Notes: generated from the sequence alone by a model not told the origin. A DNA stretch of 64,000 nucleotides from Haliotis cracherodii (GCF_022045235.1 NW_027266343.1:51336001-51400000); one strand, 5' to 3'; shown: positions 11,061-27,006, counted from the stretch's first letter. Numbers and translations are program-made.

Positions 11061-11651
11061 ATGATGAAGATAGTCGCCGCTCTTGTTGCCTGCCTGGCTG
11101 TTACCGCCTTTGCCGAGCCTACCGGTCTGTATGGTGGAATTGGCGGGTTGAAAGGAGGACTGGGCGGAATTGGCTACGGAATGGGTGGATTGTACGGAGG
11201 CCTTGGAGGTCTGTACGGAGGCTATGGAGGTCTGTACGGAGGCATGGGAGGTCTATACGGAGGCGTGGGAGGTCTATACGGAGGCATGGGAGGTCTATAC
11301 GGAGGCATGGGAGGTCTGTACGGAGGACTTGGAGGCTATGGTGGTCTCTACGGCGGAATTGGAGGATACGGAATGGGATTGGGAAAAGGTATTTCACAAA
11401 ATATGATATCATTTGTTTATCGTATCCCACTGTCAGTCTCGTTTGCAAAATTATATAACTTACCTATGTGGTATTATTATTTACGCAACAAAGCTGATGA
11501 CATTTACAAAACATCTTTAAAATTATTCTCTGCTTTCTCTAATATTTGGTTTAGCTTATCATGCAGCTAGTTTCAAGACTTCGTTGTGACTTATCCATAT
11601 ATCCCAACTTTATTCTACTATTTTTTTGTTTCAGGTATCGGCTATTATTGA
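11061..11651 (+). CDS. GGLYGGX-repeat secreted protein, copy 3; join(11061..11388,11635..11651), 114 aa
   Basis: Same protein; splice sites intact. Confidence 0.92.
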
Positions 11652-14600
11652 TTTTTTATCACCTGCAGTGTGATGTTGGCTATCTATGTATATTCGCAAA
11701 CCAATGGAATTGGTTCAATAAAATCTTGTCATATTTATTTACGCCTTGAAATTTGTTTGAGAATCTGAAAACTGAATTGAATGTTCACAATGGAAGAGTG
11801 ATCTATGTTTCTCCATATTGTAAACTCTGGACATAGTACGTGTTGTAGACCAATATCCAAGCACTTAAATGATATTGCGTTTTACTTCAAGCTAAGATAT
11901 CAACTACTGAAATGTGTATTAAGTTCCTGAGGAAACCGGACATGATGATAAGAGGAGGGATTTTATGCTTGATATATCTCCCACAAAATGTCACTTACCC
12001 GAGTTCATGTTTCAGGGGAATGTATCATTTGGGCTGCCACGAAAGGGTTTGATGGCCATTTGAAGTACCATAATATCTGGAATTGGCTGGCTGTATTTCA
12101 ATTTGCATTTTAAAAACAAGCAGCGAAACAAATAAGCAGGAGTATCAATTTTGGTCAAAGCGTTCATTAACGGGATCAAGGGGTAGACAGTGTGCACTGT
12201 ATTGAAATGCAAATGTGTGTGCTGGCCTTGAAAATGAGCGAAAGTTGTAGAAAGAATACAATCTACATGTTGTTATGGTGCTCTGTATAAATGATATCTG
12301 AGCTGCTGCAATGAAACAGCGAAAGCCATGGTGATGTAGAGCATCAAAACAAATGTTGCAAGATTCTTACTGCTTTGGTTAGAAGGGAATGCATACAGTT
12401 GGAATTTCCATGACAGTAACATATCTTTACAGTTTATTAATAACACAAACAAAACGATTGAATTCAAAAGTAACTATTAAATACGCTTGTCCGGGTGTAG
12501 CTTATCAAACTACAAATTATTTGTAATTTCCATCAAACATGTACTTCTTGGTTTGATGATGCAATTTAACATTTTGCATACTGTTTATGTAATTAATAGG
12601 AGAAGTATCTATATAGATATTTAGTTGTGTGTTTACTAACGACCTTCCCTGTAGGCGCTATTTGTAGAATACATATTGATTAAATCAGACCGCGAATTTT
12701 AAGATTCCGAACTGGATTGGTAGGATTGAAGATTACAATAAACAAACAAATAGCTAATATATCCCTTTTGTTGGATTACAACGCAAAAGTGACAATCATT
12801 TATCAATACAAAGGAGATAGCATTTGGTAACTGTAGAGAGTTATGTTTAGCTGAATAAATGGTCCAACTTTAAAGCTTGTCATAAGTCTTTATAACAACA
12901 ACCAGACTGTAAAAACAAGTCGTTTGATCATGTCTATCTTTGAAAACACCTTTGTGTTATACTTTAAGAGCATTTTCTTCTGAAAACACACGTCTTTACT
13001 TTTAGATGTACGGTTTTTCTGGGAAACCCTTATACACTTACACATTGTCAAACTGATTTGGGCGTGTTTTATTCTTGGTATGAGTTTTGGTTTAAACACG
13101 CCTTAAAAGAACACAGTCATCACTGTCACTACTGCTTCATCATGTCAAGGGCATACTTAAAGGGTAGAGGCGATTTATATACTTTCTTCTTTCTTCTAAT
13201 GTTTAGAACCAAAGACTCACCCGAAGATTAAAACATGTTAAAGTGAGTTATTTGCAACAGTGATTAAGTATATATGCAAATGTATGAATGGCTGAGACAT
13301 TGTCAAAAGACAACATTCTCCCAAAATGGCACACGATGGAACTGACGGAGGAGCTCATGAAACACCCAACAAATATATACAAATATAAACTATTCATTAA
13401 CACCTGGTGACATCATTGATATTCAGTATATGTTTTAGTACAATCTTGCCTTTTACAACCAATGAAATCTGTTTCAGCAGATAATGGAGCCTGATTATTC
13501 TCCGGCGTTGACGATTTATGTACTTAAAGGATCATCATTGAATGATTATTATATCAATATTCAGGCGTTATCTATAGAAATTGAGATAACAAATTTAGTG
13601 ATGCTCGTATTATTACAAATGCCTTGATAATGAAGTGTACAATTATCAAGATGATATGTTGAAAATAAGAGAATTCTCTCAAGAAACGCAGTTGCAAATA
13701 AAAGCTACATAACCCTTTTCAGAATCATTCGAAACCTCTGCTCGAAGCAAAGACCATTGTACGATTTCGACTTTAATGATCACACGCATCTGCGTATGAA
13801 TGACTACCAGATAGTGATGATACCTGGCGGTTGCCAAAAAGTAAGCGTATCCTGCCCCAACGGTTCCTCCGTCACAAACACATACAAAGACAAGTCAACA
13901 AAGACGAGAAAACAAGCTGTTGTTCATATGTCAATCATGTTTTCAGAAGACATTGGTGTACTTTAGGCTTTTAACAGATATTACACGCATAAAAAGGTGT
14001 GGTGAGTATTCATAGTGACAGTCCCTTTGTGAGAAGAAACCGATATATGTACCTATCAGTCAGGAAATAAAGCTGTTGTAGTTTATTGTTATTGTACAGT
14101 AAGATAAATAAAATTCGGAGAGAATAATGTAGTATCTGGGGACTTCTGCAGTATATTCAGCAGAAGCTATTTTCTTGTGAGCAGGCTGCTGTATTACACG
14201 GAAACGGTTAGCATAGTTGACCCCGTGTGGTACAGTGCTACTGCTGTACTGTGGTGGGGCTGTACTAGTGTGTTGCGTCAGTTTTCTGGTCTCTTGTTAT
14301 GTCGTATCACACAGATGCATTATAATGTCTGATGTATGTTGCTCCCTCATCATACATATACTGGATACACACTTGTCAGACCGTTATCGAATATTTACTT
14401 GATATAGGTTAAACGTTGAGTATCGAGGACTGTTCGAATGCATTTAGACGATACCAGAGAGAGTGTGTCTGTTTGCCACCTTTATATACGTTGTCTTGTA
14501 CTTCCTTAATCGATGTTCATGTATACCAGCTCGCATGTGCACCCGTAGGGTGATAACCTCGGGCCCTTTGATGCGAAATGAATGCTTATTTTACACCATT

Positions 14601-15046
14601 AAACTGAGGTGCGTTACTTACCTGGAAGTGGCCAGCCCAAGGTAAATCAATCACGTATAATTCACAAATGGTATATATAAAGGATGGGGGAAACTGTTCC
14701 ATCATCTCTTATTTTCACCTGCCGTTCAGACACAGATACGAGTCAAGACCAAACTGTAAGTACTATTTTAAGGTTTGCTTTTGATATATATGTATACTTT
14801 TAATGTTTGATTCATCTGCTGCCCATCTGGCTGTTTTCAATCTTTATGTTGAGCCAATTCATAAAAGTACAAATATGTAACATAAAACGTTCTTGTAAAT
14901 TGGGAAATATATGAATGCAGGTGAAAGTAAAACTGATAACATAATTCACAATGAGTGGTGTGAACTGAATTTACCAGATGAGTAACGATAACATGCTATT
15001 TCCCTTTCTTAACAAAGATTTTCACGTTACTCAATAGATACTCAAA

Positions 15047-15637
15047 ATGATGAAGATAGTCGCCGCTCTTGTTGCCTGCCTGGCTGTTACCGCCTTTGCC
15101 GAGCCTACCGGTCTGTATGGTGGAATTGGCGGGTTGAAAGGAGGACTGGGCGGAATTGGCTACGGAATGGGTGGATTGTACGGAGGCCTTGGAGGTCTGT
15201 ACGGAGGCTATGGAGGTCTGTACGGAGGCATGGGAGGTCTATACGGAGGCGTGGGAGGTCTATACGGAGGCATGGGAGGTCTATACGGAGGCATGGGAGG
15301 TCTGTACGGAGGACTTGGAGGCTATGGTGGTCTCTACGGCGGAATTGGAGGATACGGAATGGGATTGGGAAAAGGTATTTCACAAAATATGATATCATTT
15401 GTTTATCGTATCCCACTTTCAGTCTCGTTTGCAAAATTATATAACTTACCTATGTGGTATTATTATTTACGCGACAAAGCTGATGACATTTACAAAATAT
15501 CTTTAAAATTATTCTCTGCTTTCTCTAATATTTGGTTTAGCTTATCATGCAGCTAGTTTCAAGACTTCGTTGTGACTTATCCATATATCCCAACTTTATT
15601 CTACTATGTTTTTGTTTCAGGTATCGGCTATTATTGA
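15047..15637 (+). CDS. GGLYGGX-repeat secreted protein, copy 4; join(15047..15374,15621..15637), 114 aa
   Basis: Same protein; splice sites intact. Confidence 0.92.
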
Positions 15638-18600
15638 TTTTTTATCACCTGCAGTGTGATGCTGGCTATCTATGTATATTCGCAAACCAATGGAATTGGT
15701 TCAATAAAATCTTGTCATATTTATTTACGCCTTGAAATTTGTTTGAGAACCTGAAAACTGAATTGAATGTTCACAATGGAAGAGGGATCTATGTTTCTCC
15801 ATATTGTAAACTCTGGACATAGTACGTGTTGTAGACCAATATCCAAGCACTTAAATGATATTGCGTTTTACTTCAAGCTAAGATATCAACTACTGAAATG
15901 TGTATTAAGTTCCTGAGGAAACCGGACATGATGATAAGAGGAGGGATTTTATGCTTGATATATCTCCCACAAAATGTCACTTACCCGAGTTCATGTTTCA
16001 GGGGAATGTATCATTTGGGCTGCCACGAAAGGGTTTGATGGCCATTTGAAGTACCATAATATCTGGAATTGGCTGGCTGTATTTCAATTTGCATTTTAAA
16101 AACAAGCAGCGAAACAAATAAGCAGGAGTATCAATTTTGGTCAAAGCGTTCATTAACGGGATCAAGGGGTAGACAGTGTGCACTGTATTGAAATGCAAAT
16201 GTGTGTGCTGGCCTTGAAAATGAGCGAAAGTTGTAGAAAGAATACAATCTACATGTTGTTATGGTGCTCTGTATAAATAATATCTGAGCTGCTGCAATGA
16301 AACAGCGAAAGCCATGGTGATGTAGAGCATCAAAACAAATGTTGCAAGATTCTTACTGCTTTGGTTAGAAGGGAATGCATACAGTTGGAATTTCCATGAC
16401 AGTAACATATCTTTACAGTTTATTAATAACACAAACAAAACGATTGAATTCAAAAGTAACTATTAAATACGCTTGTCCGGGTGTAGCTTATCAAACTACA
16501 AATTATTTGTAATTTCCATCAAACATGTACTTCTTGATTTGATGATGCAATTTAACATTTTGCATACTGCTTATGTAATTAATAGGAGAAGTATCTATAT
16601 AGATATTTAGTTGTGTGTTTACTAACGACCTTCCCTGTAGGCGCTATTTGTAGAATACATATTGATTAAATCAGACCGCGAATTTTAAGATTCCGAACTG
16701 GATTGGTAGGATTGAAGATTACAATAAACAAACAAATAGCTAATATATCCCTTTTGTTGGATTACAACGCAAAAGTGACAATCATTTATCAATACAAAGG
16801 AGATAGCATTTGGTAACTGTAGAGAGTTATGTTTAGCTGAATAAATGGTCCAACTTTAAAGCTTGTCATAAGTCTTTATAACAACAACCAGACTGTAAAA
16901 ACAAGTCGTTTGATCATGTCTATGTTTGAAAACACCTTTGTGTTATACTTTAAGAGCATTTTCTTCTGAAAACACACGTCTTTACTTTTAGATGTACGGT
17001 TTTTCTGGGAAACCCTTATACACTTACACATTGTCAAACTGATTTGGGCGTGTTTTATTCTTGGTATGAGTTTTGGTTTAAACACGCCTTAAAAGAACAC
17101 AGTCATCACTGTCACTACTGCTTCATCATGTCAAGGGCATACTTAAAGGGTAGAGGCGATTTATATACTTTCTTCTTTCTTCTAATGTTTAGAACCAAAG
17201 ACTCACCCGAAGATTAAAACATGTTAAAGTGAGTTATTTGCAACAGTGATTAAGTATATATGCAAATGTATGAATGGCTGAGACATTGTCAAAAGACAAC
17301 ATTCTCCCAATATGGCACACGATGGAACTGACGGAGCAGCCCATGAAACACCCAACAAATATATACAAATATAAACTATTCATTAACACCTGGTGACATC
17401 ATTGATATTCAGTATATGTTTTAGTACAATCTTGCCTTTTACAACCAATGAAATCTGTTTCAGCAGATAATGGAGCCTGATTATTCTCTGGCGTTGACGA
17501 TTTATGTAGTTAAAGGGTCATCATTGAATGATTATTATATCAATATTCAGGCGTTATCTATAGAAATTGAGATAACAAATTTAGTGATGCTCGTATTATT
17601 ACAAATGCCTTGATAATGAAGTGTACAATTATCAAGATGATATGTTGAAAATAAGAGAATTCTCTCAAGAAACGCAGTTGCAAATAAAAGCCACATAACC
17701 CTTTTCAGAATCATTCGAAACCTCTGCTCGAAGCAAAGACCATTGTACGATTTCGACTTTAATGATCACACGCATCTGCGTATGAAAGACTAGCAGATAG
17801 TGATGATACCTGGCGGTTGCCAAAAAGTAAGCGTATCCTGCCCCAACGGTTCCTCCGTCACAAACACATACAAAGACAAGTCAACAAAGACGAGAAAACA
17901 AGCTGTTGTTCATATGTCAATCATGTTTTCAGAAGACATTGGTGTACTTTAGGCTTTTAACAGATATTACACGCATAAAAAGGTGTGGTGAGTATTCATA
18001 GTGACAGTCCCTTTGTGAGAAGAAACCAATATATGTACCTATCAGTCAGGAAATAAAGCTGTTGTAGTTTATTGTAATGGTACAGTAAGATAAACAAAAT
18101 TCGGAGAGAATAATGTAGTATCTGGGGACTTCTGCAGTATATTCAGCAGAAGCTATTTTCTTGTGAGCAGGCTGCTGTATTACACGGAAACGGTTAGCAT
18201 AGTTGACCCCGTGTGGTACAGTGCTACTGCTGTACTGTGGTGGGGCTGTACTAGTGTGTTGCGTCAGTTTTCTGGTCTCTTGTTATGTCGTATCACACAG
18301 ATGCATTATAATGTCTGATGTATGTTGCTCCCTCATCATACATATACTGGATACACACTTGTCAGACCGTTATCGAATATTTACTTGATATAGGTTAAAC
18401 GTTGAGTATCGAGGACTGTTCGAATGCATTTAGACGATACCAGAGAGAGTGTGTCTGTTTGCCACCTTTATATACGTTGTCTTGTACTTCCTTAATCGAT
18501 GTTCATGTATACCAGCTCGCATGTGTACCCGTAGGGTGATAACCTCGGGCCCTTTGATGCGAAATGAATGCTTATTTTACACCATTAAACTGAGGTGCGT

Positions 18601-19032
18601 TACTTACCTGGAAGTGGCCAGCCCAAGGTAAATCAATCACGTATAATTCACAAATTGTATATATAAAGGATGGGGGAAACTGTTCCATCATCTCTTATTT
18701 TCACCTGCCGTTCAGACACAGATACGAGTCAAGACCAAACTGTAAGTACTATTTTAAGGTTTGCTTTTGATATATATGTATACTTTTAATGTTTGATTCA
18801 TCTGCTGCCCATCTGGCTGTTTTCAATCTTTATGTTGAGCCAATTCATAAAAGTACAAATATGTAACATAAAACGTTCTTGTAAATTGGGAAATATATGA
18901 ATGCAGGTGAAAGTAAAACTGATAACATAATTCACAATGAGTGGTGTGAACTGAATTTACCAGATGAGTAACGATAACATGCTATTTCCCTTTCTTAACA
19001 ACGATTTTCACGTTACTCAATAGATACTCAAA

Positions 19033-19624
19033 ATGATGAAGATAGTCGCCGCTCTTGTTGCCTGCCTGGCTGTTACCGCCTTTGCCGAGCCTACCGGTCT
19101 GTATGGTGGAATTGGCGGGTTGAAAGGAGGACTGGGCGGAATTGGCTACGGAATGGGTGGATTGTACGGAGGCCTTGGAGGTCTGTACGGAGGCTATGGA
19201 GGTCTGTACGGAGGCATGGGAGGTCTATACGGAGGCGTGGGAGGTCTATACGGAGGCATGGGAGGTCTATACGGAGGCATGGGAGGTCTGTACGGAGGAC
19301 TTGGAGGCTATGGTGGTCTCTACGGCGGAATTGGAGGATACGGAATGGGATTGGGAAAAGGTATTTCACAAAATATGATATCATTTGTTTATCGTATCCC
19401 ACTTTCAGTCTCGTTTGCAAAATTATATAACTTACCTATGTGGTATTATTATTTACGCGACAAAGCTGATGACATTTACAAAATATCTTTAAAAATTATT
19501 CTCTGCTTTCTCTAATATTTGATTTAGCTTATCATGCAGCTAGTTTCAAGACTTCGTTGTGACTTATCCATATATCCCAACTTTATTCTACTATTTTTTT
19601 GTTTCAGGTATCGGCTATTATTGA
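19033..19624 (+). CDS. GGLYGGX-repeat secreted protein, copy 5; join(19033..19360,19608..19624), 114 aa
   Basis: Same protein; the +1 A insertion is confined to intron 2. Confidence 0.92.
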
Positions 19625-22600
19625 TTTTTTATCACCTGCAGTGTGATGTTGGCTATCTATGTATATTCGCAAACCAATGGAATTGGTTCAATAAAATCTT
19701 GTCATATTTATTTACGCCTTGAAATTTGTTTGAGAACCTGAAAACTGAATTGAATGTTCACAATGGAAGAGGGATCTATGTTTCTCCATATTGTAAACTC
19801 TGGACATAGTACGTGTTGTAGACCAATATCCAAGCACTTAAATGATATTGCGTTTTACTTCAAGCTAAGATATCAACTACTGAAATGTGTATTAAGTTCC
19901 TGAGGAAACCGGACATGATGATAAGAGGAGGGATTTTATGCTTGATATATCTCCCACAAAATGTCACTTACCCGAGTTCATGTTTCAGGGGAATGTATCA
20001 TTTGGGCTGCCACGAAAGGGTTTGATGGCCATTTGAAGTACCATAATATCTGGAATTGGCTGGCTGTATTTCAATTTGCATTTTAAAAACAAGCAGCGAA
20101 ACAAATAAGCAGGAGTATCAATTTTGGTCAAAGCGTTCATTAACGGGATCAAGGGGTAGACAGTGTGCACTGTATTGAAATGCAAATGTGTGTGCTGGCC
20201 TTGAAAATGAGCGAAAGTTGTAGAAAGAATACAATCTACATGTTGTTATGGTGCTCTGTATAAATAATATCTGAGCTGCTGCAATGAAACAGCGAAAGCC
20301 ATGGTGATGTAGAGCATCAAAACAAATGTTGCAAGATTCTTACTGCTTTGGTTAGAAGGGAATGCATACAGTTGGAATTTCCATGACAGTAACATATCTT
20401 TACAGTTTATTAATAACACAAACAAAACGATTGAATTCAAAAGTAACTATTAAATACGCTTGTCCGGGTGTAGCTTATCAAACTACAAATTATTTGTAAT
20501 TTCCATCAAACATGTACTTCTTGATTTGATGATGCAATTTAACATTTTGCATACTGCTTATGTAATTAATAGGAGAAGTATCTATATAGATATTTAGTTG
20601 TGTGTTTACTAACGACCTTCCCTGTAGGCGCTATTTGTAGAATACATATTGATTAAATCAGACCGCGAATTTTAAGATTCCGAACTGGATTGGTAGGATT
20701 GAAGATTACAATAAACAAACAAATAGCTAATATATCCCTTTTGTTGGATTACAACGCAAAAGTGACAATCATTTATCAATACAAAGGAGATTGCATTTGG
20801 TAACTGTAGAGAGTTATGTTTAGCTGAATAAATGGTCCAACTTTAAAGCTTGTCATAAGTCTTTATAACAACAACCAGACTGTAAAAACAAGTCGTTTGA
20901 TCATGTCTATCTTTGAAAACACCTTTGTGTTATACTTTAAGAGCATTTTCTTCTGAAAACACACGTCTTTACTTTTAGATGTACGGTTTTTCTGGGAAAC
21001 CCTTATACACTTACACATTGTCAAACTGATTTGCGCGTGTTTTATTCTTGGTATGAGTTTTGGTTTAAACACGCCTTAAAAGAACACAGTCATCACTGTC
21101 ACTACTGCTTCATCATGTCAAGGGCATACTTAAAGGGTAGAGGCGATTTATATACTTTCTTCTTTCTTCTAATGTTTAGAACCAAAGACTCACCCGAAGA
21201 TTAAAACATGTTAAAGTGAGTTATTTGCAACAGTGATTAAGTATATATGCAAATGTATGAATGGCTGAGACATTGTCAAAAGACAACATTCTCCCAATAT
21301 GGCACACGATGGAACTGACGGAGGAGCTCATGAAACACCCAACAAATATATACAAATATAAACTATTCATTAACACCTGGTGACATCATTGATATTCAGT
21401 ATATGTTTTAGTACAATCTTGCCTTTTACAACCAATGAAATCTGTTTCAGCAGATAATGGAGCCTGATTATTCTCCGGCGTTGACGATTTATGTAGTTAA
21501 AGGGTCATCATTGAATGATTATTATATCAATATTCAGGCGTTATCTATAGAAATTGAGATAACAAATTTAGTGATGCTCGTATTATTACAAATGCCTTGA
21601 TAATGAAGTGTACAATTATCAAGATGATATGTTGAAAATAAGAGAATTCTCTCAAGAAACGCAGTTGCAAATAAAAGCCACATAACCCTTTTCAGAATCA
21701 TTCGAAACCTCTGCTCGAAGCAAAGACCATTGTACGATTTCGACTTTAATGATCACACGCATCTGCGCATGAAAGACTACCAGATAGTGATGATACCTGG
21801 CGGTTGCCAAAAAGTAAGCGTATCCTGCCCCAACGGTTCCTCCGTCACAAACACATACAAAGACAAGTCAACAAAGACGAGAAAACAAGCTGTTGTTCAT
21901 ATGTCAATCATGTTTTCAGAAGACATTGGTGTACTTTAGGCTTTTAACAGATATTACACGCATAAAAAGGTGTGGTGAGTATTCATAGTGACAGTCCCTT
22001 TGTGAGAAGAAACCAATATATGTACCTATCAGTCAGGAAATAAAGCTGTTGTAGTTTATTGTTATTGTACAGTAAGATAAATAAAATTCGGAGAGAATAA
22101 TGTAGTATCTGGGGACTTCTGCAGTATATTCAGCAGAAGCTATTTTCTTGTGAGCAGGCTGCTGTATTACACGGAAACGGTTAGCATAGTTGACCCCGTG
22201 TGGTACAGTGCTACTGCTGTACTGTGGTGGGGCTGTACTAGTGTGTTGCGTCAGTTTTCTGGTCTCTTGTTATGTCGTATCACACAGATGCATTATAATG
22301 TATGATGTATGTTGCTCCCTCATCATACATATACTGGATACACACTTGTCAGACCGTTATCGAATATTTACTTGATATAGGTTAAACGTTGAGTATCGAG
22401 GACTGTTCGAATGCATTGAGACGATGCCAGAGAGAGTGTGTCTGTTTGCCACCTTTATATACGTTGTCTTGTACTTCCTTAATCGATGTTCATGTATACC
22501 AGCTCGCATGTGTACCCGTAGGGTGATAACCTCGGGGCCCTTTGATGCGAAATGAATGCTTATTTTACACCATTAAACTGAGGTGCGTTACTTACCTGGA

Positions 22601-23020
22601 AGTGGCCAGCCCAAGGTAAATCAATCACGTATAATTCACAAATGGTATATATAAAGGATGGGGGAAACTGTTCCATCATCTCTTATTTTCACCTGCCGTT
22701 CAGACACAGATACGAGTCAAGACCAAACTGTAAGTACTATTTTAAGGTTTGCTTTTGATATATATGTATACTTTTAATGTTTGATTCATCTGCTGCCCAT
22801 CTGGCTGTTTTCAATCTTTATGTTGAGCCAATTCATAAAAGTACAAATATGTAACATAAAACGTTCTTGTAAATTGGGAAATATATGAATGCAGGTGAAA
22901 GTAAAACTGATAACATAATTCACAATGAGTGGTGTGAACTGAATTTACCAGATGAGTAACGATAACATGCTATTTCCCTTTCTTAACAAAGATTTTCACG
23001 TTACTCAATAGATACTCAAA

Positions 23021-23611
23021 ATGATGAAGATAGTCGCCGCTCTTGTTGCCTGCCTGGCTGTTACCGCCTTTGCCGAGCCTACCGGTCTGTATGGTGGAAT
23101 TGGCGGGTTGAAAGGAGGACTGGGCGGAATTGGCTACGGAATGGGTGGATTGTACGGAGGCCTTGGAGGTCTGTACGGAGGCTATGGAGGTCTGTACGGA
23201 GGCATGGGAGGTCTATACGGAGGCGTGGGAGGTCTATACGGAGGCATGGGAGGTCTATACGGAGGCATGGGAGGTCTGTACGGAGGACTTGGAGGCTATG
23301 GTGGTCTCTACGGCGGAATTGGAGGATACGGAATGGGATTGGGAAAAGGTATTTCACAAAATATGATATCATTTGTTTATCGTATCCCACTTTTAGTCTC
23401 GTTTGCAAAATTATATAACTTACCTATGTGGTATTATTATTTACGCGACAAAGCTGATGACATTTACAAAATATCTTTAAAATTATTCTCTGCTTTCTCT
23501 AATATTTGGTTTAGCTTATCATGCAGCTAGTTTCAAGACTTCGTTGTGACTTATCCATATATCCCAACTTTATTTTACTATTTTTTTGTTTCAGGTATCG
23601 GCTATTATTGA
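23021..23611 (+). CDS. GGLYGGX-repeat secreted protein, copy 6; join(23021..23348,23595..23611), 114 aa
   Basis: Same protein; splice sites intact. Confidence 0.92.
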
Positions 23612-26600
23612 TTTTTTATCACCTGCAGTGTGATGTTGGCTATCTATGTATATTCGCAAACCAATGGAATTGGTTCAATAAAATCTTGTCATATTTATTT
23701 ACGCCTTGAAATTTGTTTGAGAACCTGAAAACTGAATTGAATGTTCACAATGGAAGAGGGATCTATGTTTCTCCATATTGTAAACTCTGGACATAGTACG
23801 TGTTGTAGACCAATATCCAAGCACTTAAATGATATTGCGTTTTACTTCAAGCTAAGATATCAACTACTGAAATGTGTATTAAGTTCCTGAGGAAACCGGA
23901 CATGATGATAAGAGGAGGGATTTTATGCTTGATATATCTCCCACAAAATGTCACTTACCCGAGTTCATGTTTCAGGGGAATGTATCATTTGGGCTGCCAC
24001 GAAAGGGTTTGATGGCCATTTGAAGTACCATAATATCTGGAATTGGCTGGCTGTATTTCAATTTGCATTTTAAAAACAAGCAGCGAAACAAATAAGCAGG
24101 AGTATCAATTTTGGTCAAAGCGTTCATTAACGGGATCAAGGGGTAGACAGTGTGCACTGTATTGAAATGCAAATGTGTGTGCTGGCCTTGAAAATGAGCG
24201 AAAGTTGTAGAAAGAATACAATCTACATGTTGTTATGGTGCTCTGTATAAATAATATCTGAGCTGCTGCAATGAAACAGCGAAAGCCATGGTGATGTAGA
24301 GCATCAAAACAAATGTTGCAAGATTCTTACTGCTTTGGTTAGAAGGGAATGCATACAGTTGGAATTTCCATGACAGTAACATATCTTTACAGTTTATTAA
24401 TAACACAAACAAAACGATTGAATTCAAAAGTAACTATTAAATACGCTTGTCCGGGTGTAGCTTATCAAACTACAAATTATTTGTAATTTCCATCAAACAT
24501 GTACTTCTTGATTTGATGATGCAATTTAACATTTTGCATACTGCTTATGTAATTAATAGGAGAAGTATCTATATAGATATTTAGTTGTGTGTTTACTAAC
24601 GACCTTCCCTGTAGGCGCTATTTGTAGAATACATATTGATTAAATCAGACCGCGAATTTTAAGATTCCGAACTGGATTGGTAGGATTGAAGATTACAATA
24701 AACAAACAAATAGCTAATATATCCCTTTTGTTGGATTACAACGCAAAAGTGACAATCATTTATCAATACAAAGGAGATTGCATTTGGTAACTGTAGAGAG
24801 TTATGTTTAGCTGAATAAATGGTCCAACTTTAAAGCTTGTCATAAGTCTTTATAACAACAACCAGACTGTAAAAACAAGTCGTTTGATCATGTCTATCTT
24901 TGAAAACACCTTTGTGTTATACTTTAAGAGCATTTTCTTCTGAAAACACACGTCTTTACTTTTAGATGTACGGTTTTTCTGGGAAACCCTTATACACTTA
25001 CACATTGTCAAACTGATTTGCGCGTGTTTTATTCTTGGTATGAGTTTTGGTTTAAACACGCCTTAAAAGAACACAGTCATCACTGTCACTACTGCTTCAT
25101 CATGTCAAGGGCATACTTAAAGGGTAGAGGCGATTTATATACTTTCTTCTTTCTTCTAATGTTTAGAACCAAAGACTCACCCGAAGATTAAAACATGTTA
25201 AAGTGAGTTATTTGCAAGAGTGATTAAGTATATATGCAAATGTATGAATGGCTGAGACATTGTCAAAAGACAACATTCTCCCAATATGGCACACGATGGA
25301 ACTGACGGAGGAGCTCATGAAACACCCAACAAATATATACAAATATAAACTATTCATTAACACCTGGTGACATCATTGATATTCAGTATATGTTTTAGTA
25401 CAATCTTGCCTTTTACAACCAATGAAATCTGTTTCAGCAGATAATGGAGCCTGATTATTCTCCGGCGTTGACGATTTATGTAGTTAAAGGGTCATCATTG
25501 AATGATTATTATATCAATATTCAGGCGTTATCTATAGAAATTGAGATAACAAATTTAGTGATGCTCGTATTATTACAAATGCCTTGATAATGAAGTGTAC
25601 AATTATCAAGATGATATGTTGAAAATAAGAGAATTCTCTCAAGAAACGCAGTTGCAAATAAAAGCCACATAACCCTTTTCAGAATCATTCGAAACCTCTG
25701 CTCGAAGCAAAGACCATTGTACGATTTCGACTTTAATGATCACACGCATCTGCGCATGAAAGACTACCAGATAGTGATGATACCTGGCGGTTGCCAAAAA
25801 GTAAGCGTATCCTGCCCCAACGGTTCCTCCGTCACAAACACATACAAAGACAAGTCAACAAAGACGAGAAAACAAGCTGTTGTTCATATGTCAATCATGT
25901 TTTCAGAAGACATTGGTGTACTTTAGGCTTTTAACAGATATTACACGCATAAAAAGGTGTGGTGAGTATTCATAGTGACAGTCCCTTTGTGAGAAGAAAC
26001 CAATATATGTACCTATCAGTCAGGAAATAAAGCTGTTGTAGTTTATTGTTATTGTACAGTAAGATAAATAAAATTCGGAGAGAATAATGTAGTATCTGGG
26101 GACTTCTGCAGTATATTCAGCAGAAGCTATTTTCTTGTGAGCAGGCTGCTGTATTACACGGAAACGGTTAGCATAGTTGACCCCGTGTGGTACAGCGCTA
26201 CTGCTGTACTGTGGTGGGGCTGTACTAGTGTGTTGCGTCAGTTTTCTGGTCTCTTGTTATGTCGTATCACACAGATGCATTATAATGTATGATGTATGTT
26301 GCTCCCTCATCATACATATACTGGATACACACTTGTCAGACCGTTATCGAATATTTACTTGATATAGGTTAAACGTTGAGTATCGAGGACTGTTCGAATG
26401 CATTGAGACGATGCCAGAGAGAGTGTGTCTGTTTGCCACCTTTATATACGTTGTCTTGTACTTCCTTAATCGATGTTCATGTATACCAGCTCGCATGTGT
26501 ACCCGTAGGGTGATAACCTCGGGCCCTTTGATGCGAAATGAATGCTTATTTTACACCATTAAACTGAGGTGCGTTACTTACCTGGAAGTGGCCAGCCCAA

Positions 26601-27006
26601 GGTAAATCAATCACGTATAATTCACAAATGGTATATATAAAGGATGGGGGAAACTGTTCCATCATCTCTTATTTTCACCTGCCGTTCAGACACAGATACG
26701 AGTCAAGACCAAACTGTAAGTACTATTTTAAGGTTTGCTTTTGATATATATGTATACTTTTAATGTTTGATTCATCTGCTGCCCATCTGGCTGTTTTCAA
26801 TCTTTATGTTGAGCCAATTCATAAAAGTACAAATATGTAACATAAAACGTTCTTGTAAATTGGGAAATATATGAATGCAGGTGAAAGTAAAACTGATAAC
26901 ATAATTCACAATGAGTGGTGTGAACTGAATTTACCAGATGAGTAACGATAACATGCTATTTCCCTTTCTTAACAAAGATTTTCACGTTACTCAATAGATA
27001 CTCAAA

